From IMG/VR virus record IMGVR_UViG_2869965101_000004: DNA of 52,029 nt; one strand, written 5' to 3'. The translations under genes and the position numbers were made by a program. The notes below the pieces were generated by a model that was not told the origin of the DNA, ran no database searches, and saw only the letters and a list, made by a program, of their open reading frames with translations. Source of the DNA: a virus (lineage: Duplodnaviria; Heunggongvirae; Uroviricota; Caudoviricetes). Of the stretch, positions 21,258-30,724 are shown in pieces (the stretch's first letter is position 1; every line of letters starts with the position of its first letter).

Positions 21258-22307
21258 ATGCTTAATACTGTAAAAATATCCAGTTGTGAGTTAATCAACG
21301 CCGACTGCCTGGAATTTATCCGGTCGTTACCCGAAAATTCTGTTGACCTGATAGTCACGGACCCGCCGTACTTTAAAGTGAAGCCTGAGGGCTGGGATAA
21401 CCAGTGGAAGGGCGACGATGATTACCTGAAGTGGCTGGACCAGTGTCTGGCGCAGTTCTGGCGGGTGCTGAAACCTGCCGGAAGTCTTTACCTGTTCTGT
21501 GGTCATCGCCTGGCATCTGATATCGAAATCATGATGCGTGAACGCTTCAGTGTGCTGAACCATATTATCTGGGCGAAGCCTTCCGGACGCTGGAACGGGT
21601 GCAACAAGGAAAGCCTGCGGGCGTATTTCCCCGCCACAGAGCGCATTCTGTTCGCGGAACATTATCAGGGGCCGTATCGTCCGAAAGATGCCGGGTATGA
21701 GGCGAAGGGCAGGGCACTGAAACAGCATGTGATGGCCCCGCTGATTTCTTACTTTCGTGATGCATGCGCGGCCCTGGGGATAACGGCAAAACAGATTGCA
21801 GATGCCACAGGAAAGAAAAACATGGTGTCGCACTGGTTCAGTGCCAGTCAGTGGCAGTTGCCGAACGAAAGCGATTATCTGAAATTACAGGCACTGTTTG
21901 CCAGGGTGGCAGAAGAGAAGCATCAGCGGGGGGAACTGGAAAAGCCCCACCACCAGCTGGTGGATACGTATACTTCACTGAACCGACAGTATGCGGAGCT
22001 GCAGAGTGAATATAAACATCTGCGGCGGTATTTTGGTGTGACGGCGCAGGTGCCGTACACGGATGTGTGGACACATAAACCGGTGCAGTTCTATCCCGGG
22101 AAACATCCGTGCGAAAAACCGGCAGAAATGCTGCAGCAGATAATCAGCGCAAGTAGTCGTCCTGGTGATCTGGTTGCGGATTTTTTCATGGGGTCGGGTT
22201 CAACGGTAAAAGCGGCACTGGCGCTCGGGCGTCGTGCGATTGGCGTTGAACTGGAGACAGGACGTTTTGAGCAGACAGTCAGGGAAGTTCAGGATTTAAT
22301 CGTTTGA
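21258..22307 (+). CDS. DNA methyltransferase (N6-adenine/N4-cytosine type, DPPY motif)
   Basis: Motif IV DPPY (LIVTDPPYF) and AdoMet-binding motif FFMGSGST at the C-terminus. Confidence 0.8.
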   Translation: MLNTVKISSCELINADCLEFIRSLPENSVDLIVTDPPYFKVKPEGWDNQWKGDDDYLKWLDQCLAQFWRVLKPAGSLYLFCGHRLASDIEIMMRERFSVLNHIIWAKPSGRWNGCNKESLRAYFPATERILFAEHYQGPYRPKDAGYEAKGRALKQHVMAPLISYFRDACAALGITAKQIADATGKKNMVSHWFSASQWQLPNESDYLKLQALFARVAEEKHQRGELEKPHHQLVDTYTSLNRQYAELQSEYKHLRRYFGVTAQVPYTDVWTHKPVQFYPGKHPCEKPAEMLQQIISASSRPGDLVADFFMGSGSTVKAALALGRRAIGVELETGRFEQTVREVQDLIV

Positions 22308-22356
22308 AACGGATGAGATTGCAGAATTAATTACGCACCATTATTATTCTGCTCCC

Positions 22357-22432
22357 GGCCCTTTAGCTCAGTGGTGAGAGCGAGCGACTCATAATCGCCA
22401 GGTCGCTGGTTCAAATCCAGCAAGGGCCACCA
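22357..22432 (+). tRNA. tRNA-Ile2 (anticodon CAU, lysidine-type; ileZ-like)
   Basis: Cloverleaf by eye: acceptor GGCCCTT/AAGGGCC, anticodon loop CTCATAA, T-loop TTCAAAT, encoded CCA. Confidence 0.8.
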
Positions 22433-22439
22433 TCACATA

Positions 22440-22513
22440 CCGCCATTAGCTCATCAGGAAAGAGCGCCAGCCTTCGAAGCTGGCTGCGCGGGGTTCAAGT
22501 CCCCGATGGCGGT
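22440..22513 (+). tRNA. tRNA-Arg (anticodon UCG)
   Basis: Acceptor CCGCCAT/ATGGCGG, anticodon loop CTTCGAA, T-arm CGGGG-TTCAAGT-CCCCG; no encoded CCA. Confidence 0.55.
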
Positions 22514-22529
22514 TCATTATCTGTATCCT

Positions 22530-22606
22530 GCGTTGTTAGCTCAGCCGGACAGAGCAATTGCCTTCTAAGCAATCGGTCACTGGTTCGAATACAGTAGAAC
22601 GCGCCA
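22530..22606 (+). tRNA. tRNA-Arg (anticodon UCU)
   Basis: Acceptor GCGTTGT/AGAACGC (one mismatch), anticodon loop CTTCTAA, CCA encoded; one T-stem mismatch. Confidence 0.6.
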
Positions 22607-22617
22607 CACTTATTTTC

Positions 22618-22647
22618 CCTGGCTCGCTTTTGCGGGCTTTTTTTTAA
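22618..22647 (+). terminator. hairpin plus T-run after the tRNA cluster
   Basis: CTCGC-TTTT-GCGGG followed by nine T. Confidence 0.4.
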
Positions 22648-22896
22648 ATGTCTCACAATTCAGGCGGTTGACTGTTGTCTGGTTTGCGGGGAGTTTGTTA
22701 AAAGAAACTGGCATGGTGAATCCCCCTGTGCGGAGGGGCAATCAGCGAGTAGGTATATGGGATAATCGCAGATTCAGGTGCTGGTACTGAATTCACCGGG
22801 AGGCACCCGGCACCATGCAATGGCACATAGCGCCACTCTCCAGCCCCTCTCCGGAGGGGCTGTTTATATTGATTTTGTCAGATGTGAGTAAACTCC

Positions 22897-23253
22897 TTAT
22901 GGACTTTGTTGTTTTAGCCCATAAGGACATATTTGCAGAGTGCAACGGTTATTAAAGCATTCATTCAATACGTTATCTGTATTTGTAGGGCATTCCTGGC
23001 TGTTTTTGATTAAATTCCAGAATGTTTTATTGAATGGTACTACGTTGTAAATGGTTACAGGTAGCACTTTGTTATTGAGCATGATGCCTGTGTGAGTCAG
23101 TGTAAATATACTTTCAGGAGGTAAGAAAGCATCCGATTGATACCAGATTATTAATTTTATTTTACTCCATATGACTGAAAAAGATATTCCGCATGATGGC
23201 TGGATAACTGTATCAATCACAATCCACTTCATTTGGTTTCCTTGTTTATGCAT
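22897..23253 (-). CDS. hypothetical ORF in AT-rich island
   Basis: 118-aa ORF in a visibly AT-rich segment between the tRNAs and the esterase gene. Confidence 0.3.
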   Translation of the reverse strand: MHKQGNQMKWIVIDTVIQPSCGISFSVIWSKIKLIIWYQSDAFLPPESIFTLTHTGIMLNNKVLPVTIYNVVPFNKTFWNLIKNSQECPTNTDNVLNECFNNRCTLQICPYGLKQQSP

Positions 23254-23477
23254 TGCTGGTGATGTTCTGAAAAGTATAAATGATATTTTTGAATGTAAAC
23301 CATAGAGCAGAATTATTTTTCTGATGTTGTTTATTGTTTATTTAAATGCAGGGTGGTTTATATCTCGTCTTGTAGTTTATCCATGCATATCTGCTTGATG
23401 ATGAGGTTTTTATTTAAGGTATGGTTTTGTGTTTTTTCTGTATTACATGTCAGGTATTTTAAAGAATCATTTTTCAG

Positions 23478-25358
23478 ATGGTGGAAAGAACCATGGCATT
23501 TAAACACTATGATGTTGTCAGGGCGGCGTCGCCGTCAGATCTTGCGGAAAAGCTGACACATAAACTGAAAGAGGGCTGGCAGCCGTTTGGTAGTCCGGTG
23601 GCCATAACCCCTTATACTCTGATGCAGGCGATTGCAGCAGAAGGTGCAGTAATCAGCGCCACCAGCAACCCGGAGTATTACTTTGTTGTGGTTCTGGCAG
23701 GGCAGTCAAACGGCATGTCGTATGGTGAAGGCCTTCCGCTGCCGGGGACATATGACCGTCCGGACCCGCGTATTAAGCAACTGGCGCGTCGCAGTACGGT
23801 GACACCGGGCGGTGCAGCATGCAAATATAACGACATCATTCCGGCGGACCATTGTCTGCATGATGTGCAGGACATGAGCCGTCTTAACCATCCGAAAGCG
23901 GACCTGTCAAAGGGGCAGTACGGAACCGTGGGGCAGGGGCTGCATATCGCCAAAAAACTGCTGCCGTTTATACCGGCGAATGCGGGCATTCTGCTGGTTC
24001 CGTGCTGTCGTGGTGGTTCAGCGTTCACCACCGGAGCTGATGGCACATACAGTGACGCGAGTGGTGCCTCGGAGAATTCAACCCGCTGGGGTGTGGACAA
24101 GCCGCTGTATAAGGACCTTATCGGTCGAACAAAAGCGGCACTGGAGAAGAACCCGAAAAATGTGCTGTTTGCCGTGGTGTGGATGCAGGGGGAATTTGAT
24201 TTTGGCGGTACGCCGGCAAATCATGCCGCACAGTTTGGTGCGCTGGTTGATAAATTCCGTGCAGACCTGGCGGATATGGCAGGCCAGTGCGTCGGTGGCT
24301 CTGCTGGCGGTGTTCCCTGGATATGCGGGGACACGACGTATTTCTGGAAGCAGAAGAACGAATCCACGTACCAGACGGTGTACGGCAGCTATAAAAATAA
24401 AACGGAAAAGAATATCCATTTCGTACCGTTCATGACCGATGAGAACGGGGTGAATGTGCCGACGAACAAACCGGAAGAAGACCCGGACATTCCGGGTATC
24501 GGTTATTACGGTTCGAAATGGCGTGACAGCTCAGCCACCTGGACGTCACAGGACAGGGCGAGCCATTTCAGTTCATGGGCTCGCCGTGGGATTATTTCCG
24601 ACCGTCTGGCAACGGCGATTCTGAGCTGCGCGGGTAAGTCTTCTGCGTTTGTTAATGGTACTGCCGGGGTGGTTGTTCCAGACAGGCCGGTTACCACCTC
24701 AGAGTCTGTAATTTTTTACGATGCCAAAAAAGCTACAGACAATCAGCTGAAACCTTATGGCTGGGACGGTATGTATGGCAGACGCACACTGGTTGATGAC
24801 AGCGGCAATAAAGCTCTGCGAATTGAGAAAAATAACAGCGCGAAATCCTGGTCAATGTACTGTGATATTGCTGCAGACAAGGCAAAACTTTTACTGGAAA
24901 AAGGCGGGGAAATTGCTGTCCGGTTTAAAATCCCCGAAAACGTCAATCTTGAGACAACCAGAAACAAGTATGCCTTTGGTTTGTACTGGCGAATAGCGGA
25001 ATGGCCGGGTGAGGGTGGTGAAGGCCATCTGAGTTCTTTCTTTGTCCAGACAGATAAAGCCAGTATTAATGTTGCATACCATCATACAGTTAATCAACAA
25101 AAAGAACTTGGCACGTTTGGCGCATTCGACCATGACTGGCATACGCTTGCATTTAAATTTAAGGGCAGTAACAGCATTAATGTTACTCCGGTGCTTGATG
25201 GTGTGGATGGACAGGCGTTTGACCTGGTGAAATGGGCCAATACTGCTAATGGACTCAACAGGTTTGTCATTACGGATATTACAGGTAGTGCAGAAACCTA
25301 CCCTGTACTTATTGATACGGTGGAAGTTAAAGCAAACAAAGCTGGAGCAGCCGCATAA
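23478..25358 (+). CDS. prophage sialate O-acetylesterase (NanS-p-like)
   Basis: N-terminal DUF1737-like region and SGNH/SASA motif VVLAGQSNGMSYGEG; same position as in Stx-type phages. Confidence 0.7.
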   Translation: MVERTMAFKHYDVVRAASPSDLAEKLTHKLKEGWQPFGSPVAITPYTLMQAIAAEGAVISATSNPEYYFVVVLAGQSNGMSYGEGLPLPGTYDRPDPRIKQLARRSTVTPGGAACKYNDIIPADHCLHDVQDMSRLNHPKADLSKGQYGTVGQGLHIAKKLLPFIPANAGILLVPCCRGGSAFTTGADGTYSDASGASENSTRWGVDKPLYKDLIGRTKAALEKNPKNVLFAVVWMQGEFDFGGTPANHAAQFGALVDKFRADLADMAGQCVGGSAGGVPWICGDTTYFWKQKNESTYQTVYGSYKNKTEKNIHFVPFMTDENGVNVPTNKPEEDPDIPGIGYYGSKWRDSSATWTSQDRASHFSSWARRGIISDRLATAILSCAGKSSAFVNGTAGVVVPDRPVTTSESVIFYDAKKATDNQLKPYGWDGMYGRRTLVDDSGNKALRIEKNNSAKSWSMYCDIAADKAKLLLEKGGEIAVRFKIPENVNLETTRNKYAFGLYWRIAEWPGEGGEGHLSSFFVQTDKASINVAYHHTVNQQKELGTFGAFDHDWHTLAFKFKGSNSINVTPVLDGVDGQAFDLVKWANTANGLNRFVITDITGSAETYPVLIDTVEVKANKAGAAA

Positions 25359-25704
25359 TTGCTAAAAAAAGCCGCCAGCGGCAGGAATGGAAGCTGGCGG
25401 AGGTAATCCCAATGGAGAATGTAAAGAAAAGATGCTTTCGTACATTGGTTTTTAAATGAAAACAATTCTCATTGTCAACCATAACGGTAAGAAATTATGA
25501 CATTTATTCATCAGGTGATGCTGTACTTCTGTACGGCGGTCTGTGTGCTGTATCTTCTTTCGGGTGGGTACAGGGCTGTGCGCGATTTCTGGTGCAGGCA
25601 GATTGATAAAAGGGCCGCTGAGAAAATCAGCGCCAGTCAGTCAGCCGGAAGCAAACCCGAAGAACCCGTTACTCCTTAACAACCCCTTTCAGCGAGAAAA
25701 TCCC

Positions 25705-25950
25705 ATGTCAGAAATCACATCCCTGGTCACTGCAGAGGCAGTGAAGGAAGTCCTGCGCTCTGAAGAAGTCCGGAGCGCACTGAAACAGAAACTTCGCCAG
25801 AATCTTGAGTCGCGTCTTGATGCAGAAGTGGATGCCATTCTGGATGAGCTGCTGGGCGTAGCAGCGGTTCCTGAGCCGGAAGGTATCGCGGGTGACGGGA
25901 GTGCTTCAGATGGCGGTGAACCTACACCTGACAGCGACATGATGATGTAA
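25705..25950 (+). CDS. hypothetical small acidic protein
   Basis: 82-aa ORF from ATG 25705. Confidence 0.35.
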   Translation: MSEITSLVTAEAVKEVLRSEEVRSALKQKLRQNLESRLDAEVDAILDELLGVAAVPEPEGIAGDGSASDGGEPTPDSDMMM

Positions 25951-26026
25951 GCATGTGCAAGGGACCATCGGTGTGTGCCGGTGGTCTTTATATTGTTGTG
26001 AGCTTCCGGATTGCGGGAGACGGGGT

Positions 26027-26242
26027 ATGTACCAGATGGAAAAAATCACAACAGGTGTGTCATACACCACGTCAGCGGTGGGAACGGGCTACTGGTTCCT
26101 GCAGTTGCTGGACAGGGTTTCCCCGTCTCAGTGGGCGGCAATAGGCGTGCTGGGGAGTCTGTTGTTTGGGCTGCTGACATATCTGACTAACCTGTATTTC
26201 AAAATCAGAGAGGACCGTCGTAAGGCGGCGCGGGGAGAGTAA
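26027..26242 (+). CDS. S21-type pinholin with dual start motif
   Basis: MYQMEKITT...[35 protein letters not shown]; Met1 and Met4 give antiholin/holin starts. Confidence 0.75.
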   Translation: MYQMEKITTGVSYTTSAVGTGYWFLQLLDRVSPSQWAAIGVLGSLLFGLLTYLTNLYFKIREDRRKAARGE

Positions 26243-26246
26243 AGCG

Positions 26247-26591
26247 ATGAAGAAAAAATACGAACTGGTTGTTAAAGGGATAAATAATTACCCGAATAAG
26301 ATTACTGTTACTGTGGCACTGGAAATTGGTGGGTATCCGTCACTGTTGTTGCCAGATGTGGCGATTAGTCTTGACCGTACTGAAGATGCCACGCTGGAGT
26401 TTTACGAAGCTGAGGCGAAAAAGCAGGCGAAGCAGTTTTTCATGGATGTTGCTGCCGGGTTATGTGAAGGGGATGGTCCGTTGCCGGAAAAGCGCCCCGT
26501 AATTTTAGAGGCGCAGGATGTGTTGATAACCTACAGAGGAAAACTACCGGGAATAATTACGGGTTCTCTGAAGACTCCACCGCTGGCCTGA
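26247..26591 (+). CDS. hypothetical protein inside the lysis cassette
   Basis: 114-aa ORF starting 4 nt after the holin stop and ending 50 nt before the endolysin. Confidence 0.5.
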   Translation: MKKKYELVVKGINNYPNKITVTVALEIGGYPSLLLPDVAISLDRTEDATLEFYEAEAKKQAKQFFMDVAAGLCEGDGPLPEKRPVILEAQDVLITYRGKLPGIITGSLKTPPLA

Positions 26592-26641
26592 AGACTTAAC
26601 ATATCCAGGGATTTGAAATCGATAAACCCTGATAAATATCC

Positions 26642-27175
26642 ATGAACACCAAAATCAAATACGGCCTGTCGGCTGCCGTTCTGGCGCTGATTGCCGCAGG
26701 TGCGCCTGCGCCTGAAATCCTCGACCAGTTTCTGGATGAAAAGGAAGGTAACCACACCACGGCATACCGTGATGGCGCGGGTATCTGGACCATCTGCCGC
26801 GGTGCCATCCTGGTGGATAGTAAACCTGTCGTCCCGGGCATGAAGTTGTCGAAGGAAAAATGCGACCAGGTCAACGCCATTGAGCGTGATAAGGCGCTGG
26901 CATGGGTGGAGCGCAATATTAAAGTGCCGCTGACCGAACCCCAGAAAGCGGGTATCGCGTCATTTTGTCCCTATAACATTGGCCCCGGTAAGTGTTTCCC
27001 GTCGACGTTTTACAGACGGATTAATGCTGGTGACCGCAGGGGAGCATGCGAAGCGATTCGCTGGTGGATTAAGGACGGTGGCAGAGACTGCCGTATCCGC
27101 TCAAATAATTGCTACGGTCAGGTATCCCGGCGAGACCAGGAAAGTGCGCTGGCGTGCTGGGACATCGACAGATAA
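26642..27175 (+). CDS. SAR endolysin (GH24 lysozyme)
   Basis: N-terminal signal-anchor-release segment YGLSAAVLALIAAGA and lysozyme core EGNHTTAYRDGAGIWTICRGA. Confidence 0.8.
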   Translation: MNTKIKYGLSAAVLALIAAGAPAPEILDQFLDEKEGNHTTAYRDGAGIWTICRGAILVDSKPVVPGMKLSKEKCDQVNAIERDKALAWVERNIKVPLTEPQKAGIASFCPYNIGPGKCFPSTFYRRINAGDRRGACEAIRWWIKDGGRDCRIRSNNCYGQVSRRDQESALACWDIDR

Positions 27176-27656
27176 GCAGAATATTTTGCTGAAAAATAAG
27201 GCATGAGCACGCGGACGGATAACACGAAATCCTGCGAACTGGCGAAACGTAAGTGAATAAAAGTAAAAACCCCGTTTGTTGGCACCAAGCGGGGTTTTGT
27301 GTTTCTGACCTTGAGTAAGGCAAGGGAGAACATGGCGAAGTATAAACGAATTCTGTTGAGGTTGACCATGAAAAACGGCCTTGAACTGAAAGCGCCTGTA
27401 ACTGATGACATCAGCAGAGCACTGGCTTTTGCCATTAAGTGGATGGCGGTCGGTGTTGCTGTGTCCCCGATGCTGTATGGGCTGGCAAAACTGGTCATTG
27501 CGTTGAAATCGTGAAGGGAGGATTAAGCATGTCAGACAAACTCATAACGCTGGCGAAGATCCTCTGTGTAATTGTCGGCATTTCATTTTCACTAATGCTG
27601 GTTGCTCTTTTTCTTTCCATGGCCTGGATGATGTTGTCTTCGTCGGGGCTGCTGGG

Positions 27657-28130
27657 GTGAACATAAACCGAATGCTTTCCGCGTTTACCGTTATTCTGCT
27701 GGTGGTCTGTGGTGCGCTGTGGCTGGCAACAGACCATTACCGTGATAACGCCATCACCTACAAAGCGCAGCGCGATAAAAAAGCCAGAGAGCTGGAGCTG
27801 GCAAACGCAACCATTACTGACATGCAGCAGCGCCAGCGTGATGTTGCTGCGCTTGATGCCAGATACTCAAGGGAATTAGCCGATGCGAGAGCTGAAAATG
27901 AAACTCTGCGTGCTGATGTTGCCGCTGGTCGTAAGCGCCTGCGGATCAACGCCACCTGCTCCGGTACCGTGCGTGAAGCCACCGGCACCTCCGGAATGGA
28001 TAATGCAACCGGCCCCCGACTGGCAGACACCGCTGAACGGGATTATTTCACCCTCAGAGAGCGGTTGATGACAATGCAGAAGCAACTGGAAGGGGCGCAG
28101 GAATATATCCGCACTCAGTGTATTAACTAG
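27657..28130 (+). CDS. Rz i-spanin
   Basis: N-terminal TM helix, coiled-coil periplasmic domain, follows the endolysin. Confidence 0.8.
   Translation: MNINRMLSAFTVILLVVCGALWLATDHYRDNAITYKAQRDKKARELELANATITDMQQRQRDVAALDARYSRELADARAENETLRADVAAGRKRLRINATCSGTVREATGTSGMDNATGPRLADTAERDYFTLRERLMTMQKQLEGAQEYIRTQCIN
27883..28068 (+). CDS. Rz1 o-spanin lipoprotein, embedded in Rz in the +1 frame
   Basis: Lipobox LVVSAC and proline-rich mature part. Confidence 0.7.
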   Translation: MRELKMKLCVLMLPLVVSACGSTPPAPVPCVKPPAPPEWIMQPAPDWQTPLNGIISPSESG

Positions 28131-28153
28131 TATTTTTGTTATCCGGAGAATGC

Positions 28154-28378
28154 ATGAAGAAATTACTGGTAACCGTAAAGCCTTTTCAGGGAACAATTCC
28201 GTTCCGTATTTTGCAGCGTGGTCGTGTTCTTGTTGAAGGTTCGTTCAGTGGTAAATGTACGCAATTACACTCCCGGACCTTTCAGGTGAATGCCACGAAT
28301 GAAGAGCTAACCGTTGAGTGTACGATGAATGCCGCTAAATGCCGCATGGTATCCGCTGCATTACAGCCAGTGTGTTGA
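28154..28378 (+). CDS. hypothetical small protein
   Basis: ORF MKKLLVTVKPF... after Rz. Confidence 0.3.
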   Translation: MKKLLVTVKPFQGTIPFRILQRGRVLVEGSFSGKCTQLHSRTFQVNATNEELTVECTMNAAKCRMVSAALQPVC

Positions 28379-28716
28379 GCGACCTTATTAACCATGCGCG
28401 GTATTGTCGCCGTATCCCCGCATTAACAGAGACCGCAGCCCGACCGGGAGACTCCTCTGCGCGAGTGTGCGGGGATAATCAAAAACGATACACACCGGGG
28501 TTTACCGCGTTAACGGAGCGCGGCGTTGTCCCCTCATGGTCGCTGGTCCGGTGCGATGGTGGAAGAAACCGGACGATGTGTTACCTCGCAAGCTCTGTTA
28601 TGTCATGTGTCTGATTTGTGATTTAAGTCGGATAATTGTCGTTGCCATTAAGCAGAGGATTGATGACCGACAGGGTGGCATTGTTAGAATAAGACTTATT
28701 CTTATCTGTGCCGGGA

Positions 28717-29049
28717 ATGAAAATGAAAAGAAACCTTCCGTTAATTATTTTGTTGTCTTCTCTGGTTATGGGCTGTACGCAACATAAAACAGATATGCCC
28801 CGACAGTTGGTTAAGGCATTACCACAATATCCGGCCTATGCAGCGGCAAATTATATAAAGGGACGGGTTGATGTGAGGTTTGATATTGGTGCTGATGGTA
28901 CTGTCACCCGAATTGAGTTTATTCGTTCAGAGCCGCACCATCTGTTTGATGAGCAGGTTGTAAAGGCGATGGCAAAATGGCGATTTGAGAAGGACAGGCC
29001 GTGTAAAGGCGTGAAGAAAACGTTTATCTTTAGTCCTTCCGCACCCTGA
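28717..29049 (+). CDS. lipoprotein with TonB C-terminal-like domain
   Basis: Signal peptide with lipobox LVMGC; ...LPQYPAYAAANYIKGRVDVRFDIGADGTVTRIEFIRSE...AMAKWRF matches the TonB_C pattern. Confidence 0.6.
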   Translation: MKMKRNLPLIILLSSLVMGCTQHKTDMPRQLVKALPQYPAYAAANYIKGRVDVRFDIGADGTVTRIEFIRSEPHHLFDEQVVKAMAKWRFEKDRPCKGVKKTFIFSPSAP

Positions 29050-29180
29050 TTATTTCATCAGAAATTAATTATCACTCTGTTGTTATTCTGTACATCCCGG
29101 CAGGGTAAGTCTTGTTCCGTCGGATATGAAGATGAAATATTGTTGGAGGACAGTGGGTACCTGCTCCTGTAACCGAACGT

Positions 29181-29381
29181 TCATTTCTCGTTATTTGTCA
29201 TGCTGGCCGGGCGCAGATGCGTTGCATCTGTTGCCAGCCTTCTCCTGCAGGCTTCAATAACCCACGCTGAAAAGTTTCCTGAACCTTTCAGATCAAGAGC
29301 GATGTTAATTTGTTCAATCATCTGGTTTGGAAATCGGATGTTGCGGGTTGTTGTTCTGCGGGTTCTGTTCTTTGATGACAT
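29181..29381 (-). CDS. YlcI/YnfO-like small prophage protein
   Basis: 66-aa ORF, ribbon-helix-helix-like NIRFPNQMIEQINIALD. Confidence 0.45.
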   Translation of the reverse strand: MSSKNRTRRTTTRNIRFPNQMIEQINIALDLKGSGNFSAWVIEACRRRLATDATHLRPASMTNNEK

Positions 29382-29596
29382 AATGTTTCCCCATATTCAG
29401 TGTTGCTGATTTGTATTATCTGAAGTTGCTTTTACGTTAATTTGATGCAGATCAATCAATACGATAGTAAGGCAGTATGACTTTCCGTGAGACAGATGCT
29501 GGCCAACGTGGGATATTTAACGCGGGTTAACATCGTTGTCAGAGCCGCATGGGTGAGCTGTTGCTACACCCCGGTATTTCCACCACGGAGGCCAGC

Positions 29597-30724
29597 ATGA
29601 ACAACAATAACACATTGTACGTCGGGTTAGATGTTCACAAAGAATCGATTACTGTCGCTTATGCTATCAATTCAGAACCTGTTGAACTGATGGGTAAAAT
29701 TGGCACATCACCTACTGATATTCAGAATCTTTGTAAACGTCTCAGGTCAAAGTCATCGCAGGTCAGTATCGTTTATGAAGCGGGGCCCTGTGGTTATGGA
29801 CTTTATCGTCGGCTGGTGAAATCCGGTTTTGACTGCATGGTCTGCGCCCCCTCACTTATCCCGAAAAAACCGGGGGAGCGGGTTAAAACCGATCGCCGTG
29901 ATGCCATCAGACTTGTGCGTTCACTGCGTGCAGGAGATCTTTCTGCTGTCTACGTACCCGGCATTGAAGATGAGGCATTCCGGGATTTGGCCCGGGCATG
30001 GGCATCTGCCCGCGATGATTTACGGCATGCAAGGCAACGTCTGAAATCGTTTCTTCTGGTTCATGGGGTCCATTATGTCGGGCGAGCAGATTGGGGCCCT
30101 GCACACCGACGCTGGCTCAGCAAATACTCATTCGAAAGTCCCTGGCGACAATTAGCTTTTGACGAACACCGTCGTACAATAGAAGACCGGCAGGCACAAT
30201 GTGAACGGCTGGAATCCGCCCTGAAGGAGGCCGTTACCGAATGGAGGCTGTATCCGGTAGTAGAGGCGCTGCAAGCCATGCGAGGGATTCAGTTTATTAC
30301 TGCGGTTGGATTAATTTCTGAACTGGGTGATCTGACCCGTTTTGAACATCCACGACAACTGATGTCATGGTTTGGTATCACGCCATCAGAATATTCATCG
30401 GGTGGAAGCAGACATCAGGGCAGCATTACCAAAGCCGGAAACAGCTATGCCAGAAAGCTATTGGTCGAGGCAGCGTGGAGTTACCGTCATCCGGCACGCA
30501 TCAGTCCGGCAATACAAAAAAGGCAGGAAAATTTACCCCGCCCCGTCATTGACAGAGCATGGGATGCTCAACTCAGGCTTTGTAAGAGGTATCGAAAACT
30601 TCAGGCCAAAGGAAAGAATGTCAATATTACAATTGTTGCTGTTGCACGTGAGCTGGCGGGTTTTATCTGGGATATGGGCCGAATAGCAATGTCTGTCGCA
30701 CAACAACCACAATGTCACAAATAA
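29597..30724 (+). CDS. IS110-family (DEDD) transposase/recombinase
   Basis: N-terminal LYVGLDVHKESI... RuvC-like start and C-terminal ...QFITAVGLISELGDLTRFEHPRQLMSWFGITPSEYSSGG. Confidence 0.8.
   Translation: MNNNNTLYVGLDVHKESITVAYAINSEPVELMGKIGTSPTDIQNLCKRLRSKSSQVSIVYEAGPCGYGLYRRLVKSGFDCMVCAPSLIPKKPGERVKTDRRDAIRLVRSLRAGDLSAVYVPGIEDEAFRDLARAWASARDDLRHARQRLKSFLLVHGVHYVGRADWGPAHRRWLSKYSFESPWRQLAFDEHRRTIEDRQAQCERLESALKEAVTEWRLYPVVEALQAMRGIQFITAVGLISELGDLTRFEHPRQLMSWFGITPSEYSSGGSRHQGSITKAGNSYARKLLVEAAWSYRHPARISPAIQKRQENLPRPVIDRAWDAQLRLCKRYRKLQAKGKNVNITIVAVARELAGFIWDMGRIAMSVAQQPQCHK

Noticed and set aside
22607-23477. Shiga toxin genes at the Q-tRNA-esterase locus
   Set aside because: No ORF of the size or character of stxA/stxB; only an AT-rich segment with one unrelated minus-strand ORF.
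23678-24435. Several ORFs overlapping the esterase gene on both strands
   Set aside because: Overlap a well-supported 626-aa gene; no independent signals.
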